64,000 nucleotides of DNA from Callorhinchus milii (lineage: Eukaryota). The DNA is taken from NCBI RefSeq assembly GCF_018977255.1, contig NW_024704742.1, forward strand, positions 121,460,001 to 121,524,000, written 5' to 3'. Made by a program: the position numbers and the translations under genes. Positions 1-10,799 of this stretch are shown here, one piece after another (within the stretch, counting starts at the first letter, position 1; every line of letters begins with the position of its first letter). A model generated the notes under the pieces. The model was not told the DNA's origin, did not search any database, and saw nothing but the letters and a program-made list of their open reading frames with translations.

Positions 1-9
1 GGGGGAGGT

Positions 10-435
10 AATAATAATCTTTGCATCAGATATTGTGCCTTATCAAGTCAAAACATTTCAAAGTAATTTCTGTTATTGTACTAAATGTGCATTTGTAGGT
101 GAATGTGGCAGCCGATTTGCACACAGCAACACATGATAAGCTACAAGAAGATGAATGGCCCATTTGTCATTGCAATATTTGTTGGCCAGGACACCAAAAT
201 AAATTTGTTTCTCTTTACGAAGCATCATGGGTTCTCTAATATACATCTGAATAGTCAGAATCTGGGTTTAACATCTCATCTAAAGGACAGTGCCTCTGAC
301 AATGCAGTTACTCCCCCTACACTGCACTGCAGCATGAGGCTAGACCATGAGCCAAAAGTCCCTGATGCGGGTTTTGAACCCAAAACCTGCTGACCCAGAG
401 GTTAGAGTGCTACCAACAGAGCCAAGCGGACACCT
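10..435 (-). mobile_element. Old tRNA-derived DeuSINE-like element (SacSINE1/AmnSINE1-like)
   Basis: On - strand: tRNA-like head (GGCTCTGTTGGTAGCACTCTAACCTCTGGGTCAGCAGG...GGTTCAAAACCC), Deu-like body (GCTGTGTGCAAATCGGCTGCCACATT) and (TTA)n tail. Family name is from recall. Confidence 0.65.
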
Positions 436-1181
436 TGTTTAGGACAATGACACTAATTTACTTGTAATGTTTTCAATGTCCAACTGGCACTGATACACAT
501 AGCTTTATGTTAATAGGGGTAGAGTATTGTGCAGACACCATTTTGAACAAAAAAAAGAAACAGAAAAGGATTGTATCAACTCCCTCATAACAGCAACTGG
601 TGCTGGCAATTCAACTGCATTCTCAAGTGTTTTTTTCTCTTATTATAACATTCCTTTGATACAATACACAATCCCACCACTGTGTCGAGTAGAAATGGTA
701 CTGGCTGACTGTTAAGCTTGCCCATCACTTATAGCTTTCTGTTCCTTTGTTTCCCAACACAGATCTATTTTGCTGCCAAATAGTTCAGTTCTCTCAGATT
801 TTCAATTACTAATCTTTTCCTGCTATCTTCACCCAACAGGCTCTGCCACCTTCTTGCAGCAAATATTCTACTGGACCTGTTTGTACAGTTCTCTTCCCTG
901 CTCTGCAATGGTGAAAGATTTTGATCGGGCTTCTTAATATATTGTCTTAGCTGAGACCCTTGAAATTCTCAGGTGAGTCCTGAAACCAAGATCCTATAAT
1001 GCAAGATGTACTTTAGTTTGCAAAATCCTTAGTTGGGTGAACAGCATTTCAAAACTGGTAGAATTTTGACAAATATAACTTTAAAAAAACTAAATTATTG
1101 GAGTGAAATAGGGAACTCTTAATAAGAATTGTTACTCTAATACTTATTCCGCATATTCAGTCAAGCCCTTTGAGACTATTA

Positions 1182-1263
1182 GTCAGTTTTCCTAAGGTAA
1201 TGTTTGAATACAGTAGCTTAAATTATATTTCATTTCTCTGTATAAAGCCAAGTCAAGGATGTC
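1182..1263 (+). repeat. Left arm of an 82-bp inverted repeat
   Basis: Aligns without gaps to the reverse complement of 3068-3149, with 9 mismatches by manual count. Confidence 0.9.
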
Positions 1264-1269
1264 AGGATA

Positions 1270-1470
1270 TCTTCCTCCATCCCCCTGCCTTGCCCCTTCC
1301 TTCCCTATCTTCAGGTTGCGTCTGAAGACCTTCCTATTCGTCCGTGCCCAGTATCACCTGCCCCTTCCCCTGGCTAGGTGTGGTGCTCCATCACTGTCAA
1401 GTGCTCTGGGACGCTACCCTGAGTGAGGGGCGCTATATACATGCTGTATATGTTGTACAAGTTGTTGTTG
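1270..1470 (+). mobile_element. Diverged L2 LINE 3' end
   Basis: Resembles the L2 3' ends elsewhere in the window and ends GGCGCTATATAC...TTGTTGTTG. Confidence 0.6.
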
Positions 1471-3067
1471 TGATAAGACACTATATGAAATGAAAGAATT
1501 ATTATTAATTATATGAGCACAATAAAATATGATTGTATTGAAAGATAGCAGCTGGTTAATTGAAGCAAAAATATGCAGCCGAAAGGCAGCATAACAAGTA
1601 TACAGGTACTATTTTCAAGTGAGCATTTATGTTTAAATAAATCTGTGCAAATTAATATATTTAAAGAGGCTGTGTCTTTGTGGAATAAAGTCTTGTACAG
1701 TAAGAGCTGAATATCTGCACTATTTGGGAATGGCCCCATTGCGAATAAGTAGATGGTGTGGATAATAACACATCACAGAAAACATAAATTGACTGCAATA
1801 CATACTAAAAACTTGTTTCAGCATACATTACACTGTTTCTGTTGTATTGCACCATGTCAGTCATTCTCTCTCTCTCTGTACTCTCTCTTTCAGAAAGTCA
1901 AAAAGGCAATTAATTGACAGCAAAACAAAAATTGCTAGTGTTCAGAATCACAATTTTTTCTCTTTTTTTTAAACAGAATTTATTAGTGAAACCTATAACT
2001 TCAGGTGCAAAGTAGAAGTCATAATTAGTAGTTTGCAAATGCTGCATTTTAGACCCCAATGAGTTTTTAATCTGAAAAACAAGATTTTTTTCCTTTATTC
2101 TTCTTACAATATTTGTCAATATTTGTCAATGCACTAATCCAGCAAGAGAGGCCATGAGGACTATTGCTCATTCTGTTCATTGCTTAATTTGTTGAGACTT
2201 ATTTATTTCACATCCTCAAATGTCTGATTGTCCCAAATCCACTCTTGTGGGGGTGATCTCTTGAATCCTCGTTATGAAAGAGAACTTGATATCTGAGGCC
2301 TCAGTATTGAATCGAGTTTTTTGTTTAGCGATGGATCTGATATCTAACTGTGGCTTGCCTGAATCATCCCACACAGCCTGACTCAGAAAGCAATCACAGC
2401 TGCAGATAAAGTGTCAGCACCAATGAAGAACACCATTTAACCCTTAGCTCACATCTCAGAGGAGAATTATCAAGGGACTCCACAGGACCCGTTCAATCTC
2501 TACTTTATTTAAAAATATACATACTTGCACAAATAACATGATTGATAATATGAACATTAACATAATATCAGCAATAATACATAATAATTTCTGGATTATA
2601 ATATCAAAGCATCAGTTAGGTTTAATTTAAGATTACCTCAGTCAGTTTCGAATGCTACAGAGCAATGAACAAGGCTTCAAAACGCTACTTGAATCAATTA
2701 ACATATGATATCAACGTAAACACCTAATTCAAGATGCTACAGTCATGTACATATTTGGGAAGACTACCTAATGCAGTCCATGAAGTCACATTGTAATTAT
2801 GTGCTTACCGCATTAAATCTATAATTTTACGTCATTAAAATAACATACCCATCTGATCAAGATAGCTGGGTAAACATGTCAATTTCTCTCCCTCAGTGGG
2901 TGTCAATTTCAGGACTCTGTCCATGTTTGGTTGGCTATCCATGATTTCTTATTCAATTTGTTAGCAGTGTTGTTTTACTAGTTCTGGCACGTACAGCACT
3001 ACCAAAGCTAAGCAACTCGTGTTGAAGATCTCAATGTTTGCCCATCATGTAGCACTGTTGAATGGTT

Positions 3068-3149
3068 GATATCTTTGACTTGGCTTTATTTATAGAAATG
3101 AAATGTAACTTAAGCTACTGTAATCAAGCATTACCTTAGGAAAACTGAC
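3068..3149 (-). repeat. Right arm of an 82-bp inverted repeat
   Basis: Reverse complement GTCAGTTTTCCTAAGGTAATGCTTGATTACAGTAGCTTAAG... matches 1182-1263. Confidence 0.9.
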
Positions 3150-3889
3150 CAATTCTATTGAAAAGAAATTATTTTATGCCAATTGCTTCTTTCAAAATAC
3201 AAAAGAATTACCTTGAAAGTGTAGCTTATCTCTGGAAACTCATTTCATGCGTGAGAATTTGAAAGGAGGTGTGACACACTTATCTAATAACTCCATTTCT
3301 ACCTTGAGCTTATCCTATCTCACCCTGAACTAAAAAGAGGATAAGTCTTCTATTGTTTATTACTGGCTGAGACTTTCTATAAACCATCCTGTTCAGACTA
3401 GCATTTGGCATCAGTATCTAGGAGAATTAACCCTATTAACCAGGATTGCTGCAATGTTCACTACGTTCCTTTAATAAAAGAACTGTTTAAGAATTAGCTT
3501 GGAAATGCTATTAGAAGCTATAGTGATAGGTTCAGAATGATATGAACAAATATTTCATAGTGCTCAATGGCTTATTGTTTCCTTGCCAGTTTTTCTTTTC
3601 CAATTTTTCCCTCCTGAAGTTGTATTGATTCTTATTTTTTCTTTCTGCTGTGTACAGCTTCATAGGTGCAAGCTTCCCTCTGTTACTTCAACCAAGTACC
3701 CATTATTCATGGTGTCGGTCTTGACAGTGATTGCTGACAGAGAGCATCACAGTCAAGTCTGGTCCCAACCACATAAGCGCACTTTCCTGCAAAAGGGGGT
3801 GGGTGGGTGGGAGAGGGGGACAGCAATCGGGTGCGGGAACCATGATACAAATTGCAACCCCCATTTCTTCCTTGACTGAGATAAGGATT

Positions 3890-4078
3890 TGAAACAAAAC
3901 AATAATAATTTGGTCATTTTCAATCCACGACTGTTTGTGGGACACTGCTGTGCGCAACTGGCTGCCGCGTTTCGCCCACAAATATACAGTCAAATCATTT
4001 TACAGCATATTCTGTGAAGCGCTTTGAGAGGTTTAGAAGACGTGAAAAGCTCTATATCAAAGGATTATTATTATTATT
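3890..4078 (+). mobile_element. SINE 3' half (family of 50133-50460)
   Basis: AATCCACGACTGTTTGTGGGACACTGCTGTGCGCAA...GACGTGAAAAGC...GGATTATTATT. Confidence 0.85.
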
Positions 4079-5599
4079 GAATGATCCAGTGCTGAACCAA
4101 GCAGTACTTTAATTCTCTATGCCACAAGATCGAGGACCACACTGATTTCTGTGCAGGAGGGGAAAGTGGGAGGTGCAGTCAATGAATATTTTATGTGGAG
4201 AAGAAGGTTCAGGATTTAATTGTAAAGATGCAAAGAAAGAATAAATATTCTGGGTTCTTATTTGATTATAAATGGAGTATTTATGCAGAATGTCCCCCCC
4301 CTCCCACCACCAAGGAGATTCAGTGGGTGTGATGGCGTCAGCAATTGGGTAGATTTTTTATGATCTGTGGAAGGATCATATTGGTGGACGTTTCTTAGTT
4401 ATTTTGGTCTTAATGAGACAATAATACTGTAACATTAATACACAATTAATTGTAATAATACGCAAATAACAGAGAATTATATAAGAAAATTCCTATACAC
4501 CTCAAAATAAAAATATATTGTAAATAGAATTTATGTTAATTGTGTAACATTAGCATTCATTCTAATTGTAATTTAACCCAAGTAAATCACTAAAATTCAT
4601 GTAAACGAACACTGATTTTTTCCCCCTATTATAGGTTCAATTCTGAAGCAGGAATTTTATCTTATTTGTTATGTATAAATTTTAAAAGGTCCCTGTACTG
4701 ACCTCAAATTCTCTTTAATTTTTGCAAGATAAATTTACATTTCTAAAGGAATTTTGTTCCTAAAAACACAAAACACACAAACTTCTTAAAAGATAAAAAG
4801 GCCAATGTTGACAGCATGGGGATTAAAACAAACAGTTTAATATGCATTTTATGCAAGTTTGAAGTGTTAATTTTAACTAATTCATAGAAAATCAGAGAAA
4901 TTACCATTTGATAAATGCTAATTCATAGGATAAATTAGCATTTTTAGCCGTAAAATAATGAAGTTAAAATATTTACCCTTAAAATGCTTGACAATGTAAA
5001 AGGTCTATTTTTAGTGATTTCTAAATTCTTTGATTTTGATTAATAAACATACCACATTAATATAAGTAATACAGTGCTCAAGTCATCTGATAATCAATCT
5101 ACATAACATCATAAGAGCAGTCAACCCCATTATCAGTTAATAAAGTAAATTTGATGGATACACTTTTCAATCTGTTAGTAGAACTATATTATATAAGATG
5201 GAAAGACTTTTTATCAGGGTTGAGGATGTAATAATAATAATCCTTACATTTGATTTAACGCTTTTCACATTAGGAGGACATCTCAAAGTGCTTTTAATAG
5301 GGTATACTATAAAGTAGAGGGTTTACTGCAAAGTGTAGTGACTGTATTTGTAGGCAAACACTGCAGCCAATTTGCACACAGCAATGTCCCGCACTAGTCT
5401 CAAGAGCACATTGCACCATTGCATATTGAACTTCAGCTACACTACACTAAGCTCAAATGTGAGATCTCCTTTTGAACTGGTGTTATGAAAGGTGCACAAA
5501 TCTTCAGCTTGATTAATCAGAAGGAGACAGGTGTTTACAGCTTGTTCCTGACAGAAGACTGGGAAGTCAAATCCTCTTCAAAGCTATTCAGCTGAGGAA

Positions 5600-5870
5600 T
5601 AATAATAATAATAATCCTTGCATTTGATATAGTGCTTTATCACGTCTTCGAGACGTCTCAAAGCGCTTCACAGAATATACTGTAAAGTAAATTGACTGTA
5701 TATTTTGTCGGCAAAACGCGCAGCCAATTGTGTACAGCAGTGTCCCACAAACAGTCGTGGATTGAAGTTACCAATTTATTTATTTTTTTGACAGAATTAT
5801 TACACAGAGGCGTGTGGAGTAAGAAAACTTGCCCAACATTTCGCCCTTCTGGTGTGCAGCACCGGAAAAT
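5600..5870 (-). mobile_element. SINE, most of body
   Basis: Reverse complement of the 50133-50460 family body and tail. An older copy lies at about 5228-5390. Confidence 0.85.
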
Positions 5871-6309
5871 GAATTCAGAAAAGAAAAATCATAGCGGGAA
5901 ACTTGGCTGGGTGGGTGGGGGGCAAGTGTGGGAATGGAGAAGAGAGATAGTTTTGTGGAATTGATCAGAGTAGATTGAAATATCTCATACATTGCTTGGG
6001 AGACCTGGATTATTGGTGTGGCACTTTGTGTAAATAATATGTAAATTGCAGGTTACAACAACAACTTGCAGCTGCACCCTTCATATGGGGTAGCATAAGG
6101 GTGAAGATTTAAGCATCGGGATACTTAAAATGAACATATCTTAGCTTACTAAAGAATTGCCCGTGATATGAACTTTGATCTTTTATCTGGGTAAAAATGC
6201 TGCAGTACATTTGAGTGTACTGGACTCTTTTCCCACTGTTTACTGTGCTACCCAGCAATGTACATCACAATGTAATATTAGTAAGCAAGATCCTGCTATA
6301 TTGTACTGC

Positions 6310-6780
6310 ACTAGCCGGAAGCCAGCTAAGCCAGACAAACTGGGTACGGCTGCTTTGTCCGGCTGAAGGGGTGTCCGAGGTGAACCAAAGCTCTCTTACC
6401 TCTTCCCGCCTAGCAGAGGAGCGAAAGAGATGCTTCCTCCCTCCCATTGTCGGATGGGATGGAGACCAATTAATGGCGGTTCCTTGGCACTCCACCCATT
6501 CACAAACAGCTTCAGCTGTCAATCAATCACCATTTGACTCCTCCTGTTCCCTCTATGTTTATTCCCCGTTCCTCTGCCCCTCACTGATTGACAGCCCAGC
6601 TCCAGCCGCTTGTGAATGGCTGGAGTCCGCTGTCAATCAATCACAGTTAGACTACTGCCATCTCCATCCTGGAGCTGCTCGAGATACAGAAGACTCGATT
6701 GAATCCATTCAGTGGTGTCTAGCGCTTCATTGTGACTGGATTTTTGTCTGAAGCCACCGGCATATTTAAAACAAGTAAGA
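6310..6780. promoter_or_regulatory. Candidate promoter or enhancer with three TGATTGACAG (Pbx-Prep/Meis) decamers
   Basis: Decamers at 6516-6525 (-), 6585-6594 (+) and 6630-6639 (-). Also CCGGAAG at 6315, TTCCCGCC at 6403, CCAAT at 6466, AATGGCGG at 6472, and locally raised GC/CpG. Confidence 0.5.
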
Positions 6781-6979
6781 ATACAAATGAATCTGGGCCG
6801 GGAGTTTTATTTAATTTACCACCGTCCATCTATAGCAGATTCCACTGTACTTCAATGCATTACATTTGACATTTACTCTGCATTCTTGAATTATACTCTG
6901 TTTTACATTTCACTGTGCTCTAGTCTTTTTGCCCTGTACTGCATTACATTATATCTTGGCCAACCATCCCCCAAATATA

Positions 6980-7142
6980 ATTGGTCATTCATTTCATGGC
7001 TGTTCGTGGGACACTGCTGTGTGCAAATTGGCTGCCGTATTTGCCTACAAATACAGTCAGTACACTTTGCAGTAAATCCTGTGAAGCACTTTGAGATGTC
7101 CTCCTGACATAAAAGGTGCTGTAAAACAAGGATTATTATTAT
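6980..7142 (+). mobile_element. Older SINE 3' half
   Basis: GTGGGACACTGCTGTGTGCAAATTGGCTGCC...GATGTCCTCCTGACAT...GGATTATTATT. Confidence 0.75.
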
Positions 7143-7199
7143 GCAGTCAGTGCTCTTTGTTCGCCCTGTCCTGCATCACATCATGCAGTGATGATGGCA

Positions 7200-8460
7200 A
7201 GGCTGGCAGGTTACTGCTATCAGGATAGATTGGATAGTTTAGGCCTTTTCTCACTAGAGACTCTGAAACAGGGAATCTAATAGAAATGTTTAAAATTATC
7301 AAAATGTTTGATAGGGTTATGTGGAGGCCTGTAGCTCAGTGGTTAGAGCATTTGTCTCGCAACAACAATAACAACAAATTACATTTGTATAGCGGCTTTC
7401 ACGTTGGGAGGACGCCCCAAGGAGCTGGAGAATCAGTGTTTCGGACCCAAGCTGGGGGTCGGGATTGGGGAGGGTGACCAAAGGCACAGTCGAAGAGGAG
7501 GGTCTTGGGACAGGTTTTGAAGGAGGCAACGCAGGAGGCGAGGTGGAGGGACTGCGGGATGGAGTTCCAGAGGATGGGGACAGAGAGGCTGAAGACCAGC
7601 CCGACAATGTTGGGGCAGATGAGGTGGGGGTTATAAAGCAGGCTGGAACCTGCTGAGTGGAGCGGGCAGGTTCCCTAGGGGGTTAGAAAGTCACAGAGGT
7701 AGGGAGGAGCAAGACCATAGAAGGCTTTGAAAGTGAGGGCCAGGATCTTGAAATGTACCTACTGTGTGATGGGAAGCCAGTGGAGTTGGGCGAGGATGGG
7801 GGTGATAGGGTCGTGGAGCCTGGGGCTGTAAAGTTCTGGATGATCTGCAGCCTATGGAGGGAGGAGTTGGGGAAGCCGACAAGCAGTGAGTTTGCGTATT
7901 TCAGCCTGGATGTTATGAATGCGTGATGAGAGTCTCGGCAAGCGAGTGACCTGGGTTTGATTCCCTGCAGAGCAAAACTTTGGGCACACCCCTGTAAAAT
8001 AAATCTGCCCCCCTCAATCTCCGCTGCCTTGGAGTCAACTGAATTCCCCCCCTCTGGGCTTCTACCTGCAATGACTTATCCTTCTCGGTCACTCTCCTTC
8101 ACAACTCTCTTTCCATCACGCCTTGCCTTCTCTTCACTTCCTGAACTCTCCCCTACTCACGGACATCGAGAACCAGACCATTTAAGAGTGAAATTAGGAA
8201 GCATTTTTTCACTCAAAAGGTGGTAGAAATCTGGAACTCTCTCCCCCAAAAGGTCATGGATGCTGGATCCATCCACATCTTCAAGAAAGAGATTGACAGA
8301 TTTTTGGTAGGTCGGGGTATTGAGGGATACGGGGAGAAAGCAGGAAATTGGATTTGAAATTCTGGTAAAGATATAGATCAGCCATGATCTAATTAAATGG
8401 CGGAACAGGCTCAATGGGCTGAATGGCCTACTCCTGTTCTTATGTTCCTATATTCCTATG
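7200..8460. mobile_element. Nested cluster: CR1 pieces (7200-7320 and 8160-8460, +), split SINE head (7321-7360 and ~7939-7990, +), L2 3' fragment (7361-7938, -)
   Basis: CR1 RT-end and 3' tail (GGGCTGAATGGCCTACTCCTG...TATGTTCC). The SINE A-box and B-box halves are separated by an L2 carrying a (CAA)n tail. Confidence 0.8.
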
Positions 8461-8964
8461 ACAACACCCTGGTACACCAGCCACCTCTGCTACTTTAAGG
8501 CTCAGGTTCATGCTGCTGAACATACCTAGCTCAAATCCAATTTAATAGTGCATCGGCAGATCTGGCTGGACCTTATCAAATCTTACCACTCCTCCCTCAC
8601 CTCCGCTAAATCGTCCTTCTACTCCACAGCAATCTTGGAGGTCACATGAAACCGACCACCTGCTCCCTCAACCCCATCCATACCCCTCTCCTTACCTCCC
8701 AGCTCCAGCTCCTTGCCCCCTACTCACAGACATCACAAACCACTCCCTGCCCACTGCCGCAGTTTCCACCCCTCTAAAAACGGCCATCATCACTCCTATC
8801 CTTAAAAAACCCTGGACCCATCCTGCTCTCAAACTACAGCCCCATCTCCAACCTCCCTTTCCCTTCCAAGGTCCTGGAACGAGTCGTTGCTTCCCAGCTT
8901 CACTCCTTCCTCTCCCGCCATTCCCTTCACGAACCCCTCCAATCGGGTTTCCATACTTCCCACC
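8461..8964 (+). mobile_element. Degraded L2 ORF2 fragment
   Basis: Encodes NYSPISNL-PFPSKVLERVV...QSGF-like start of the RT domain, with frameshifts. Confidence 0.75.
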
Positions 8965-9019
8965 GGAAAGCCAGTGGAGCTGGGCAAGTGTGTGGGTGAT
9001 AGAGTTGCGGAGAGGTGGG

Positions 9020-9575
9020 AGAGGACATTTGTGCAGTTTTGGTCTACGGATTTAAGAAAGGATATACTCGCCTAAGAGGGGGTGCAGCGTAGATTCATTA
9101 GGTTAGTTCCTGGGTTGAGGGGGTTGACCTATGAGGTTAGGTTGAGTAAACCTGACCTATATTCTCTAGAATATAGAAGAATTAAGGGTGATCTTACAGA
9201 AGCATATAAGATTCTTATGGGGCTTGACAGAGTAGACAGTGTGAGACTGTTTCCCCTGGAAGGAGAATCTATAACTAGGGGTCACAGTTTTAAGATTAAG
9301 GGACAGCCCTTTCGAACAGAGTTGAGGTAACACTTCTTCACTCAGAGGGTAGTGAATTTATGGAATTCTCTACCCCAGAAGACTGTAGATGCTCAGTCCT
9401 TGGAACATATTCAAGACTGAGAATGATAGATTCTAAAGGATACAGGGATTAAGGGATATGGGGATAAGGCGGGCAGATGGAGTTAGGTTAGAAGATCAGC
9501 CATGATCTTATTGAATGGCGGTGCAGGCTCGAGAGGCTGAATGGCCTACTCCTGTTCCTAATTCCTATGTTCCTA
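9020..9575 (+). mobile_element. CR1 LINE 3' fragment
   Basis: ORF QRRFIRLVPGLRGLTYEVRL...YSLEYRRIKGDLTEAYKI...TRGHSFKI, then a tail GAATGGCCTACTCCTGTTCC with an (ATTCCTAT)-like repeat. Confidence 0.92.
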
Positions 9576-10385
9576 AGCTCTCTACTTCCACCCTCGACTC
9601 CAGGACAATTGCTGTCCTAACACCTCAGGCACTGACAGCATCACCATCCAAGGATGCACACACCACCTAACTAAGCCAATTCGGAACCTTGGCATCTTCT
9701 TTGACCCTTAACTATCCTTTCTACCCCACACCCTTGCCATGTCCCGCTCTGTCTTCCCCACTTCTGCCACTGTTTCACACTGCAGGCCGCCGAGCCCTTC
9801 ATACACGCATTCATAACATCCAGGCACGTCTATGCAAATTCCCTGCTTGTCGGCCTCCCCAACTTCTCCCTCCATAAGCTACAGATCATCCAGAACTCTG
9901 CAGCCTGTGTACTCTCCTGCACCAGGATCCGCGACCCTATCACCCCCATCCTGGCTTCCCATTACACAGAGGATACAGTTCAAGATCCTGATCCTCAGCT
10001 TCAAAACCCTTCATGGTCTTGCTCCCCCCTACCTCTGCAACCATCTAACCCCCTACCAACCTGCCCTTCTACCTCCGCTCAGCAGACTCCGGCCTGCTCA
10101 GGTCCCCTGTGTCGCCTGCCCCACCTTTGGCAGGCGGGCCTTCTGCCACTTTGCCCACACCCTTTCGAATTCCATCCCGCAGTCCCTCTACCTCCCTTGA
10201 ATCCTTCAAGATCGGTCACAAGGCTCTCCTCTTCGTTCGAGCCTTCAGTTACATTCCTTCCGCCCCTGCCCTCCACCCTCCCCGATCGGGATCCCCAGCT
10301 CAGGTCTGAAACACTGATTGTTCATCTTCTTGGGACGTCCTCTCAACGTGAATGTCGCTATGCAAATTTAATTTTCTTGTTGTTG
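9576..10385 (+). mobile_element. L2 LINE 3' fragment
   Basis: WLPITQRIQFKILILSFKTLHGLAPPYL motif, 3' hairpin GGGACGTCCTCTCAACGTG and (TTG)n tail. Confidence 0.9.
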
Positions 10386-10429
10386 TGTGGTAGAAAGCTG
10401 GGGATCGAACCTGACGCCTAAGGTTCGGT

Positions 10430-10720
10430 GAGTCTGAAACAGAGCCCGGGGAGGTTGGCCTGCAGGCAAGAAGACGTTGACGCGAGTCAAGGAGTTGGCT
10501 TCTGTCTTGCCGACATTCATCTACAGGAAATTTGCGCTCATCCAGGCCTTGATGTCCATCAAACAAGCTGACAGGATATCAGCAGACTGGGAGTCGCAGC
10601 TGGAGGAGATGAAGTAGATTTGGGTGTCATCCACATACGTGTGAAAGTTGACCCCACATCTGCGGATGACACCGCCAAGAGGGAGCATATAAATGAGGAA
10701 AACAAGGGGGCCAAGGATCC
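10430..10720 (-). mobile_element. L2 RT-domain fragment
   Basis: Minus strand encodes a degenerate Y(V)DDTQIY RT motif, similar to 27980-28080. Confidence 0.7.
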
Positions 10721-10799
10721 GTGTGGAATATAAACATCAGCATGGATTGATTGGGTCGAGTGAGCTGTTTCCATCCTGTACATCCTTTGTAAATTATTT

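Noticed and set aside
6215..6751. 178-aa ORF with repeated SAVNQS
   Set aside because: The repeated peptide just reflects the CTGTCAATCAATCA DNA motifs. It has a non-ATG start and no recognisable homology.
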